Positions 20,860 through 29,224 of a stretch of 64,000 nucleotides of DNA are shown here, in pieces (positions within the stretch are counted from its first letter, which is position 1; the number at the start of each line of letters is the position of its first letter). Source of the DNA: an uncultured Alphaproteobacteria bacterium (GTDB lineage: Bacteria > Pseudomonadota > Alphaproteobacteria > RF32 > CAG-239); NCBI GenBank assembly GCA_944392265.1, contig CALXWC010000004.1, positions 3,983-67,982 of the forward strand. The letters are read 5' to 3'. The notes under the pieces are model-generated. The model saw only the letters and a list, made by a program, of their open reading frames with translations, did not search any database and had not been told where the DNA came from. The position numbers and the translations under genes were made by a program.

Positions 20860-22749
20860 TTGAATATGATTACGAAATTGTCTAAATTTAAAGATTCATG
20901 GCTCATTAAGGTTCTTTTGACCTTAACAGCTTTAAGTTTTGTTTCTTTATTCGGTATTACCAGCTATATCGGCAGTGCCGGAAAAAATAACCCCGTCATT
21001 GAAGTCGGTGCTTATAAAGTTAATAAGTCTGAACTTAACGAAGAATATATGCATGAGTTGCAAATGGCTTCTAACCTCTTTGGTAATGATGTGGAAATTA
21101 ATGAAGCAATGAAACTTGCCATTTTACAAAATATCATTCAAAAAGATTTGGTTAACGGTATTTTGGCTCAAACAGCCCAAAAACTTGGCGTCAGCATCAG
21201 TGATGCTTATGTCAGAAACGTTATTTTCTCTCAAGCTGAATTTTTGGATGCAGACGGACGCTTCAATAAAGAAAAATTTAACCGTTTGCTTGCCCTTTCC
21301 GGCTGGAATGAAAGCAAATATATTGATACTTTGAAACAAGATATCATTAAACAACATCTTGTATACACCATGGTTGACGGTTTTAACTTCCCTGATTTTA
21401 TGAAATCTTATTTGGAAAAAGTTGCCAACCAAAGAAAAGTATTCAAATATATTGTTATTAATAATGATAATTTGAAAATTGACAGAGAAATTTCTCAAGA
21501 AGAATTAGAGCAATATTATCAAGATTTTGCCGTTCAATTTACCGAACCAGAGAAAAGAGATGCTTCTTTTATTGTGTTGTCTGTTGAAGATATTGCACAA
21601 AACATCACTCCGTCTCAAGAAGAAATTCAGGCTTATTATGATGCTCATATTGACCAATTTGTTACGCCTGAAAAAAGAAACTTGCTCCAAATGGTCTTTG
21701 ACAATGAGGATGAAGCATTCAAAGCTGCTCAACGCTTAAATAACGGTGAAGATTTTTACAAAGTAGCCCAAGAAATGGCAAAACAAGACAAATCTGCCAC
21801 AGAGCTTGGTTGGGTTGCCAAAGATGAACTCATTGCCGACATGGGTGACAGAATGTTTAGCGCAAAGGTTAACGAAATTGCCGGTCCTGTTCAATCAGAT
21901 ATGGGATGGCATATTATGAAATTAATCGGTGTCCAAGCTAAAAAAGAAATGCCTAAACAAAAAGCTCACGCTCAAATTATTAGTGAAATCAGAAAAGCTC
22001 AGGCTTATGATTTGGCTTATGAAAAAATGGCTCAAATTGAAGATGAAATCGGTGCCGGTAAAACTTTTGCCGATATTGCCAAAGATAATAAAGCTAAAAT
22101 CTATAATGTGATGGGGTTAGATGAAAGCGGAAAAGCAAAATCTATCTCTAAAGGCCAAGAAAAGCTCTTGAAATCTACAGACTTTGTTGATGCGGTATTC
22201 TCATATAATCCAAATGAAGTTAGCCAAGTTTTGGAAGAAGAAGACGGTTTTGTTTTGGTTAACGTAGATAAAGTTACAGAAGCTCACCCGATTGATATTG
22301 AACAAGTGCGTCCTCAAATTGTTGAAATTTGGGAAGCCAATGAAAGAAGCGCCATTGCTCAAGAAATTATCAATGACGTAACTCACGATTTGGAAAACGG
22401 TGACAATATTAATGATGTGGCTGCTCGTTTCAAATTAAAACTCAATACAACCAAACCATTAAAGCAAAACGAAAACTTTGCAAACCTTAATGCTTTGCAA
22501 ATGAAAGAAATGTTCCAAGAAGCTTTAGATACTCCAAAAGTATTTAATATGGATAAAACTAATGTTATTGCCATTGCCGAAAAATCTATGATGGACAATA
22601 AAAAATTAAGCAAAGAAGAATTAAATGCTTTGCAAGCTAAAGCTACAATGGAAATTTTGCAAGAAAACGCAAATAATTTGGTTGATGCATATGGTTCTGA
22701 CTTTAAGATCAATATTGATTATAAAGAAGCCGGATTATCTGATATTTAA
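20860..22749 (+). CDS. ppiD: periplasmic chaperone / peptidyl-prolyl isomerase PpiD-like
   Basis: 629 aa. N-terminal TM anchor, SurA-N-like region, and a parvulin segment (GPVQSDMGWHIMKL). Start is TTG 20860 or ATG 20866. Confidence 0.7.
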   Translation: MNMITKLSKFKDSWLIKVLLTLTALSFVSLFGITSYIGSAGKNNPVIEVGAYKVNKSELNEEYMHELQMASNLFGNDVEINEAMKLAILQNIIQKDLVNGILAQTAQKLGVSISDAYVRNVIFSQAEFLDADGRFNKEKFNRLLALSGWNESKYIDTLKQDIIKQHLVYTMVDGFNFPDFMKSYLEKVANQRKVFKYIVINNDNLKIDREISQEELEQYYQDFAVQFTEPEKRDASFIVLSVEDIAQNITPSQEEIQAYYDAHIDQFVTPEKRNLLQMVFDNEDEAFKAAQRLNNGEDFYKVAQEMAKQDKSATELGWVAKDELIADMGDRMFSAKVNEIAGPVQSDMGWHIMKLIGVQAKKEMPKQKAHAQIISEIRKAQAYDLAYEKMAQIEDEIGAGKTFADIAKDNKAKIYNVMGLDESGKAKSISKGQEKLLKSTDFVDAVFSYNPNEVSQVLEEEDGFVLVNVDKVTEAHPIDIEQVRPQIVEIWEANERSAIAQEIINDVTHDLENGDNINDVAARFKLKLNTTKPLKQNENFANLNALQMKEMFQEALDTPKVFNMDKTNVIAIAEKSMMDNKKLSKEELNALQAKATMEILQENANNLVDAYGSDFKINIDYKEAGLSDI

Positions 22750-22771
22750 TCAAATTATCCAAGATAAAAAC

Positions 22772-22807
22772 AAAGCCTCGTCAAAATTGACGAGGCTTTG
22801 TTTTTTG
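22772..22807 (+). terminator. rho-independent terminator after ppiD (bidirectional appearance)
   Basis: 12-bp stem aaagcctcgtca/tgacgaggcttt followed by GTTTTTT. Confidence 0.7.
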
Positions 22808-22830
22808 GAGTTTATAACTTTATATTTAAA

Positions 22831-23463
22831 TTAGTGTGTTCTCTCATTGTGTTTTATGGAGGATACTCCTTGAGGAGTTAACTTGCTTGATGACGGAGAA
22901 CAGTCGTCAGTCAACAAGTATTCTACTTTGGATAAGCAGCTTTGTAGTGTTTCTTTTGCTGCATCCCAAACTTGCAAAACTTTTCTGCGGGCCAATTTTT
23001 GCCACACTGACTTTTTTCTTTCTATCAATTTTTGATGATAATACCATGCAACTTCGGCATTCATCAAATTGACTTCCGGATAAGGCGTAAGATTTTTGCC
23101 GTTGTTTCTGAATATAAACGACAAATCTTGAATATCCTTACGGTTCGATGAAGGGTTCTTTGCCTTATAATCTTTTGCTATTTGAAGCATTCTTCTTCTG
23201 GCATGTGCATTCAGCCTAACCAAAGCTTTATACACTCTTTTCTCTTCATCAGTTGTGATAGATTTTTCACTAATTTTTTTATTTGGAGAATTAAAATAGT
23301 CACTTAATTCTTGGTTGCTGTAATTGTACAAACCGTACAATTCTGCCTTTAGCTGGACCATGTCCTGCACACTCATAGAGCTTAGTCTTTCTTTGTTTTC
23401 AATGCAAAAGACTACCTCTTCCACCTGCGGGGTCAGGCAAAATTTTTGATATTGTACATTCAT
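22831..23463 (-). CDS. hypothetical protein (orphan)
   Basis: 210-aa ORF. No signal peptide and no recognised motif. Confidence 0.5.
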   Translation of the reverse strand: MNVQYQKFCLTPQVEEVVFCIENKERLSSMSVQDMVQLKAELYGLYNYSNQELSDYFNSPNKKISEKSITTDEEKRVYKALVRLNAHARRRMLQIAKDYKAKNPSSNRKDIQDLSFIFRNNGKNLTPYPEVNLMNAEVAWYYHQKLIERKKSVWQKLARRKVLQVWDAAKETLQSCLSKVEYLLTDDCSPSSSKLTPQGVSSIKHNERTH

Positions 23464-23548
23464 AATTTTCTCTAAAAAATACTGTGAAATATCTAACCGA
23501 AGTCGGCATAATACTCATATTAAGATGAATGTCAATATGTTTTTTAAA

Positions 23549-24112
23549 TTATTTTTGCATTTGTGTTAATAAGTTTTTCATAACGGCTTGGTCAACAAAT
23601 TCACCTCTTTTGATGTACATATTTCTTTGTACATTATCTTTTATGGATTGAGCAACCTTGATATATTTTTTTTGCAAAACCGGAATACAGGCCGAAATTT
23701 CTCTTTTTTCGCCTTTTAAGCCGCTCTGCATTTCTCCTTCATAAACGCAATCCATAACAATATCAGGCAAAAGTTTATTTCCTTTGGTTAAAAAATCTGT
23801 ATAAACCCCTGCTCCGCCCGCTATATATAAGTCTTCGGCAAAGTCTTTGAAAAAGTTTATGTCATCAACAACAAAGTGATTCTCTTTGTCTGAGGGTTTA
23901 TAAGAAAAATCTGAAGTCAGAATAAAAATTTTGCAATTTGGAATTGTTCGATTGGGCAAGGCCTCATAAGTCAAACGCCCCATAACCACATTTTTTTCTT
24001 GAACCATATTGGTGAAAAAAAGTGTGTCTGACGGAATATTCCACGGAATGTGCTTGCCTATGGCAATAATATTGTCTTCTTTATGTCTGCACCAAACTGC
24101 TACTTTTGTCAT
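23549..24112 (-). CDS. dihydrofolate reductase-like protein
   Basis: 187 aa. IPWNIPSDTLFFTNMVQEKNVVMGRLTYEALPNRTIPNCKIFILTS and LYIAGGAGVYTDFL align by eye with the FolA motifs MPWNLPADLAWFK...VIMGRHTWESI...NIILSS and VIGGGRVYEQFL. Strong SD AAGGAGA upstream. Confidence 0.55.
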   Translation of the reverse strand: MTKVAVWCRHKEDNIIAIGKHIPWNIPSDTLFFTNMVQEKNVVMGRLTYEALPNRTIPNCKIFILTSDFSYKPSDKENHFVVDDINFFKDFAEDLYIAGGAGVYTDFLTKGNKLLPDIVMDCVYEGEMQSGLKGEKREISACIPVLQKKYIKVAQSIKDNVQRNMYIKRGEFVDQAVMKNLLTQMQK

Positions 24113-24187
24113 TTTTATTCTCCTTTTTTAGAGATTATACACCTTAAATCTAAAAAAAGGCTGAAGAAAACTCTCCAGCCTTTTCTT

Positions 24188-25066
24188 TTAGAAGAAACTT
24201 CTTAACCACCACAAAATTTTTCCGTGGCGCCAAAGTTCTTTGTGACGTTTATATTTTGCCAAGATATCCCAATTATTCTTAAAAAGATTTTCTGTTCTGG
24301 TTAAAGCCGGTACCTGCTGCAAAAAAACATCCCAATCAATATCATCAAAGCATCCATTCTGGTATAATATCAAATAGGCTTTTTTATACTTTAAGAACTC
24401 TATTCCCTCTTCACATTCGGTCAAATATTCTGCCCGATTTGAAACTAAGACCTTCTCAAATTGGTCGTGCCGATACAAAATTTGTAAAAGCTTTTCTCTT
24501 GGTGCAATGTCTTCATAAGCCAAATCATAAATCAGCTTATTCCAACTCTTTGAAGCTTCCAAGAATTTGAGTTCTTCATCCGTTGCGTCATAAAAATGAC
24601 CTTCTTTTTTCAAGTATAAATCATAAAGCTTATGTCTTCTCAACCCTTTCAGACTCATTTTTTCATATTGTTTATGATTATACAGAATGTCATCTTCTTC
24701 CATCTCAGATAAAGTATTCCAACATTCATGTCTTTCTAAAACATATACGGACGCAAAGGTTAATGCGTCTTTTGGCATATTTTTGCATTTGGTTACAACA
24801 AACTCATCAGCATTATCTTTACCCATATAGGCAACAAGCCAATTGTAAATCAACTTAATATCAGAAAAACGATATGCTTTTTCAACACATTTTAAGATTG
24901 TTTGCTGAGTAATACCCAAGCAATACATCATTTCCAGATGTTCAGGAAACAAAATATAGCCGTCATCATAAGTTTGAATTATCTTTTGCTCTTCTTCTGA
25001 AGTGATAATTCCATGCATAATAAAATCTTGATTTTTTATGCATTCTAACATTTTTTTTCGGTTCAT
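24188..25066 (-). CDS. paralog 1 of an uncharacterised W-D/K-H repeat family (ends ...WWLRSFF)
   Basis: 292-aa ORF. Shares with the three neighbours repeated W-[DN]-x-[LF]...[LY]-x-[KR]-H-x-x-[FWY] units and the C-terminal HGxxLWxxxxSFF tail. Confidence 0.7.
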   Translation of the reverse strand: MNRKKMLECIKNQDFIMHGIITSEEEQKIIQTYDDGYILFPEHLEMMYCLGITQQTILKCVEKAYRFSDIKLIYNWLVAYMGKDNADEFVVTKCKNMPKDALTFASVYVLERHECWNTLSEMEEDDILYNHKQYEKMSLKGLRRHKLYDLYLKKEGHFYDATDEELKFLEASKSWNKLIYDLAYEDIAPREKLLQILYRHDQFEKVLVSNRAEYLTECEEGIEFLKYKKAYLILYQNGCFDDIDWDVFLQQVPALTRTENLFKNNWDILAKYKRHKELWRHGKILWWLRSFF

Positions 25067-25173
25067 AATAATCTATTTTAGAATTAATAATTTGATTTTG
25101 TTTCAATGTATTATTTTTTCACTCTTTGTCAAATAAAAAAAGGCCGAAGAAAACTCTCCAGCCTTTCATTTTT

Positions 25174-26097
25174 TTAGAAAAAAGATTTGATAAACATCCA
25201 CAACTGTCCGTGTTTTAACAGAGCTTTGTGATACTTATGTTTGATTAAATAATCCCAATTATGGGCTTTTTCAGCATAAAAAGCAACCTCTTTGACACCC
25301 CAAATATTGGTAAACTTGTCCCAATCAATCAAATCATAACGCTCTAGTCTGGCAAGATCACGATATCGGTTATAATGGACTAATTCATCAAACATCTTAT
25401 GTCTTACAAAATAATCTGTTTGATAGCCCACATAATCTTTTTCGCCGTTTTCATACAAATAACGATGAAAATCATCCCTTGTATCAAAACCAAGAAAACG
25501 ATACTCTTGTTCCGATAGGTAAAGCCGGCGTAGACTTTTCAAATCGTGCTTTAGAAGATATTTTAGTATTGTTGGGAAACTATGATATTCATCATACCAA
25601 TCCAGAGCTACAATATCTTTAAACCGATTTTCAGTAATCAAAACCGCAAGAACTATTTTTCTTTTCTTGCTTTTTTCTATTGTTTTCAAGATCTCCATTG
25701 GCGCAAATAAAGCCAGCTCTTCATATGCATTTCTCAGCATCAAGACGTCCCAGGCCTGAATATTGACCAACTCCGAAATACTTAACTTAGTATCGCGTTT
25801 TCTTTTTTTAGGATATTTAGACCAATAGGCTTCAGCTTTTTCTTGTCCCCAAAGAGAAATCAAAAAATTCAACACATTTTCTTTACAGCTTTGACTGAGT
25901 TTTAACGTTTCTTCAATCTTATCTTCAAAACCGTTATCTATCATTGAATTTAAGATAAATGCCGTTATGCAGTGTCCGGCTTTAACCAAGCTCAGAAAAT
26001 ATTCTATTTTACCTGAGCGCAAAGCGTCATACAAGGCAAGCTCGCTTTGTCCGATAGAATTTAAGTTAATCAGTTCTAATCTTTTTTTATCATCCAT
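25174..26097 (-). CDS. paralog 2 of the same family (ends ...LKHGQLWMFIKSFF)
   Basis: 307-aa ORF and the most divergent member. Same C-terminal tail and W-D units (AWDVLML, LDWYDEY, IDWDKF, NWDYLIKHKYH). Confidence 0.7.
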   Translation of the reverse strand: MDDKKRLELINLNSIGQSELALYDALRSGKIEYFLSLVKAGHCITAFILNSMIDNGFEDKIEETLKLSQSCKENVLNFLISLWGQEKAEAYWSKYPKKRKRDTKLSISELVNIQAWDVLMLRNAYEELALFAPMEILKTIEKSKKRKIVLAVLITENRFKDIVALDWYDEYHSFPTILKYLLKHDLKSLRRLYLSEQEYRFLGFDTRDDFHRYLYENGEKDYVGYQTDYFVRHKMFDELVHYNRYRDLARLERYDLIDWDKFTNIWGVKEVAFYAEKAHNWDYLIKHKYHKALLKHGQLWMFIKSFF

Positions 26098-26269
26098 AAT
26101 TGTAAGTTTTAGAGTTAATAATATATTGGTTTCTTCATCAATATCACAAAAAAAAGTTTTGTCAAAAAAAGACTGAAGAAAATATCTTCAGTCTTTAATT
26201 TTTTTAGAAAAAAGATTTGATGAACTTCCACAAATGTCCATGTTTCAAAAGAACCCAATGTTGATGATT
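26098..26269. repeat. gene-boundary module, copy A (leader of paralog 2, terminator, and 3' end of paralog 3)
   Basis: 172 nt that differ from 27065-27236 at only a handful of positions or indels by eye. Confidence 0.85.
26161..26193 (-). terminator. rho-independent terminator of paralog 3
   Basis: Perfect 9-bp stem gactgaaga/tcttcagtc. A-run and T-run on either side. Confidence 0.7.
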
Positions 26270-27064
26270 TTGCATTAAAACATCCCATAATTCAGCTTTT
26301 TCCGCATATTCAACCGCTTCTTTTTTTGGGCCGAATTGATTACATTTTAGATATTCATTCCAGTTTACACATTCATACAGACCGACTTGAGCTAAAAGTG
26401 AATATTTTTTCCTTTGTTGCAAATAAGCAACACCTTCCGGAATGGTTGTCAAAAAATATGGCGTCACGAGCTCTATGATATTAAACTTTTGATGTTTGGC
26501 ATAAAAATTCAAAAAACACTCGTTATTCTGATATTTTTCGAAGTTTTTAAACAAAATATCCCATCTTTTGATTTGAGCCAGATATTCCATTGCATTTTCA
26601 TCATCCGGTTGTATTTTCCAGTTTGAATGGAAATATTGTTCATAAAGCTGATACTCATATAACCCATACGTAGACATTTTGTCGTACAAGCCGTGTTTAT
26701 ACAAAATATCATCGGCCCCTTTTTGCTGCAAAATATCCCAACGCTGATTTCTTTCCAAACCGTCATTAGAAACCAAAATCAGAAAATTATTATCAGAAAT
26801 GTTTTCTAAAATGAAATCTTCTGCTCTTTCTTTACCCAAAAGATCACAAAGCCAATCATACAGAGCTTCTTTCTCATATTTTAGCTTGGCCTCTTCAAGA
26901 CGCTTTAAGGTAAAAGATTTAAGAAATTCCGAACGAGCCCAAACATCTTTCGTATCTGGTGTTTGATCAAAAGTTTCTTGTATGGCTTTTTTGCTATCTA
27001 GTACTTTTTTCTTATCAGGCTCAGGCTTTTCACACAGAGCATCAATCGAATCCTTCTTTTCCAT
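26204..27064 (-). CDS. paralog 3 of the same family (ends ...LKHGHLWKFIKSFF)
   Basis: 286-aa ORF. Centre and C-terminus are highly similar to paralog 4. The N-terminal ~60 aa are unrelated to it. Confidence 0.7.
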   Translation of the reverse strand: MEKKDSIDALCEKPEPDKKKVLDSKKAIQETFDQTPDTKDVWARSEFLKSFTLKRLEEAKLKYEKEALYDWLCDLLGKERAEDFILENISDNNFLILVSNDGLERNQRWDILQQKGADDILYKHGLYDKMSTYGLYEYQLYEQYFHSNWKIQPDDENAMEYLAQIKRWDILFKNFEKYQNNECFLNFYAKHQKFNIIELVTPYFLTTIPEGVAYLQQRKKYSLLAQVGLYECVNWNEYLKCNQFGPKKEAVEYAEKAELWDVLMQNHQHWVLLKHGHLWKFIKSFF

Positions 27065-27236
27065 AATTGTAAGTTTTAGAGTTAATAATATATTGGCTTC
27101 TTCATCAATATCACAAAAAAAAGTTTTGTCAAAAAAAAGACTGAAGAAAATATCTTCAGTCTTTAATTTTTTAGAAAAAAGATTTGATGAACTTCCACAA
27201 GTGTCCGTGTTTCAAAAGAACCCAATGTTGATGATT
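27065..27236. repeat. gene-boundary module, copy B (leader of paralog 3, terminator, and 3' end of paralog 4)
   Basis: See copy A. Confidence 0.85.
27131..27161 (-). terminator. rho-independent terminator of paralog 4
   Basis: Same 9-bp stem gactgaaga/tcttcagtc, preceded on the plus strand by an A-run. Confidence 0.7.
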
Positions 27237-28052
27237 CTTCATCAAAGCATCCCATTGCTTGGCTCTTTCCGCATGTTTGACCGCTTCCTTTCTCTCTATA
27301 AACTTGTTTGAGTTAAGATATTCATCCCAATCAATGTACTCAAACCGACAGGTATGTGCTAAAATTGAATATTTTTTATTTTGCTGCAAATAAGCAAGCC
27401 CTTTTGAAAAGCTTGCTAAAAAAGCTGCATCCACGAGCTCAATCGAATCAAACTTTTCATGTTTGGCATAAAACTCCAGCAAATGTTCTTTATCGCGCTC
27501 TTCCATCAGGTTTTTGAACAATATATTCCAATTGTCGGTTTGAGCCAGATATTCCATTGCATCTGTATCATCTGTTTTAATAATTCTCCAGTTGGAACGA
27601 AAATATCGCTCATAAAGCTGATACATATATAATCCATACGCAGACATTTTGTCATACAAGCCGTGTTTATACAAAATATCATCAGCTTTTTTTTGCTGCA
27701 AAATATCCCAACGCTGATTTCTTTCTAAAGCATTATCTGAAATCAGTATCAAGAAATCTTCATCATAATTGTTTTGCAAGATGAAATCTTCTGCTTTTTC
27801 TTCACCCAGATAACCGCAAAGCCAATTATACAGTTTTTCACCCTCGTTGTAAAATTTGCATTTGGCAACACATTTTAAGATAAAGTCTTGAGAAAAGTTG
27901 CGCAGATATAATATCTCTAACCCATCAGAATCAAGTGGATATTCATCTTCAGCAAACATTTTAAGGATAATGTTTTCATCGGTATGCAACAATATAGAGC
28001 GTTGTATTTCTCTTTTTTGTTGCAGACTTTCTTTCATTCTTTTTCTGTCCAT
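27171..28052 (-). CDS. paralog 4 of the same family (ends ...LKHGHLWKFIKSFF)
   Basis: 293-aa ORF. N-terminal third resembles paralog 1 (ILKCV..K..F...KL[IY]NWL). The remainder resembles paralog 3. Confidence 0.7.
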   Translation of the reverse strand: MDRKRMKESLQQKREIQRSILLHTDENIILKMFAEDEYPLDSDGLEILYLRNFSQDFILKCVAKCKFYNEGEKLYNWLCGYLGEEKAEDFILQNNYDEDFLILISDNALERNQRWDILQQKKADDILYKHGLYDKMSAYGLYMYQLYERYFRSNWRIIKTDDTDAMEYLAQTDNWNILFKNLMEERDKEHLLEFYAKHEKFDSIELVDAAFLASFSKGLAYLQQNKKYSILAHTCRFEYIDWDEYLNSNKFIERKEAVKHAERAKQWDALMKNHQHWVLLKHGHLWKFIKSFF

Positions 28053-28133
28053 AATAGTAAGTTTTAGAGTTAATAATAAGTTATTTGTAAAAAAGCATAA
28101 TACGAATCATTGTTTTGTCAAGAAAGATTAAGC

Positions 28134-28162
28134 TTGCAAAATATGAGGTTTTTATCTATATT
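28134..28162 (+). promoter_or_regulatory. candidate sigma70-type promoter of ssrA
   Basis: TTGCAA (28134-28139), 17-nt spacer, TATATT (28157-28162). Confidence 0.4.
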
Positions 28163-28168
28163 AAGTCT

Positions 28169-28478
28169 TGCTGAGTTTTCAGCTATGGTACTAGAGGCTG
28201 TACGAAATAGGTTTTCAAGACCTGGGGGCAGTACCCAGCACCTCCACCAAAATTTTATGGGGGTGAAATAGGCTTGATTGGGAATAGTAAAGGTATGTAT
28301 GTCGTACTCGGTGAGATACCACCGTTATCGGTTCAAAATAAATGAATGCTAACGATAATAACGTAGCTCCTGTTGCTATGGCTGCTTAGTTGCAGTCGCA
28401 ACAAACTAAAATCCTTCTAGCTTAGGATAGTTAGAAGTGGGGTTTGGGTCACCCAGCAACAGAACGGCCCTTTTCTTA
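28169..28478 (+). ncRNA. ssrA: circularly permuted (two-piece) tmRNA gene
   Basis: Acceptor piece: T-arm ctggg/ggcagta/cccag, then cacctcc-A-CCA ending at 28249. After a 9-nt spacer, the coding piece starts GGGGGTG at 28259. This pairs with cacctcc and gives the G3:U70 alanine identity pair. Tag ORF gct aac gat aat aac gta gct cct gtt gct atg gct gct tag (28348-28389) encodes ANDNNVAPVAMAA*. Outer ends are approximate. Confidence 0.85.
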
Positions 28479-28505
28479 TATTTATTTTGTTTGGGATGAA
28501 TAATA

Positions 28506-28985
28506 ATGGAATTTTTGACTGAAATTAACTATGATAAATTGATTGAAAAATCTTTGAAAAACGTGGTCGTTGAAGCCTTAAAAATTGCTCAAAACCAAGG
28601 CCTTCCGGGTGAACACCATTATTACATCACTTTTCAGACGAATCATCCTCAAACAAAAATCTCAGATTATCTGAAAAGCCAATATCCTGAAGAGATGACC
28701 ATTGTTTTGCAACATCAGTTTTCTAACTTGACCGTTAACGCCTCTTCTTTTTCTGTTGATTTGAGTTTTGGCGGCATTCAACAAACATTGGTTATTCCGT
28801 TTGATGCCATTACTTATTTTGCCGACCCGCATGCAAAATTTGGCTTGAGTTTCAGTACTTCTGACGAAGAAAGCTCTTTTGCTCAAGAAGAACAAGTTGC
28901 ACAAGAAAAAGAACCTGAAGTTAAAAAAGCCTCCGGCGCGGCTACGGTCGTTTCTATTGATGCTTTCAGAAAAAAGAATAAATGA
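28506..28985 (+). CDS. sspB: ClpXP adaptor SspB (alphaproteobacterial type)
   Basis: 159 aa. GLPGEHHYYITFQT...MTIVLQHQF.NL...F.V.LSFGG....LVIPFDAI..FADP matches the SspB/stringent-starvation-B fold signature. Acidic linker and a basic C-terminal tail ...IDAFRKKNK. Confidence 0.75.
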   Translation: MEFLTEINYDKLIEKSLKNVVVEALKIAQNQGLPGEHHYYITFQTNHPQTKISDYLKSQYPEEMTIVLQHQFSNLTVNASSFSVDLSFGGIQQTLVIPFDAITYFADPHAKFGLSFSTSDEESSFAQEEQVAQEKEPEVKKASGAATVVSIDAFRKKNK

Positions 28986-29194
28986 AAAAAATATCTGTCA
29001 TAATTGCGCATCGTCACCAAACAAGCATCTCTTTAGAGGAAGAGTTTTGGCTTGAATTACAAGAAATTGCGCTCAATCAAAATATGACAATCAACCAACT
29101 TGTAACCCAAATTGACTCTGAAAGAGAAAATGAAAATCTTTCAAGCGCCATTCGCGTGTTTATCTTAAAATATTTAAAAAACAAAAAAGCTTGA
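28982..29194 (+). CDS. ribbon-helix-helix domain protein
   Basis: 70 aa. Start overlaps the sspB stop (ATGA). HQTSISLEEEFWLELQEIA...MTINQLVTQID is RHH-like. Confidence 0.5.
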   Translation: MKKISVIIAHRHQTSISLEEEFWLELQEIALNQNMTINQLVTQIDSERENENLSSAIRVFILKYLKNKKA

Positions 29195-29218
29195 AGTCTT
29201 TTCTTCAAGCTTTTTTTA
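29183..29218. terminator. bidirectional rho-independent terminator
   Basis: 9-bp stem agcttgaag/cttcaagct flanked by an A-run and a T-run. Sits between convergent genes. Confidence 0.65.
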
Positions 29219-29224
29219 GTAAGT

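Noticed and set aside
24100-28150. Possibility that the regularly spaced near-identical intergenic modules form a CRISPR-like array
   Set aside because: The repeat spacing is about 970 bp and the 'spacers' are full-length protein-coding genes. No cas genes are present, and the repeats contain terminators and leaders.
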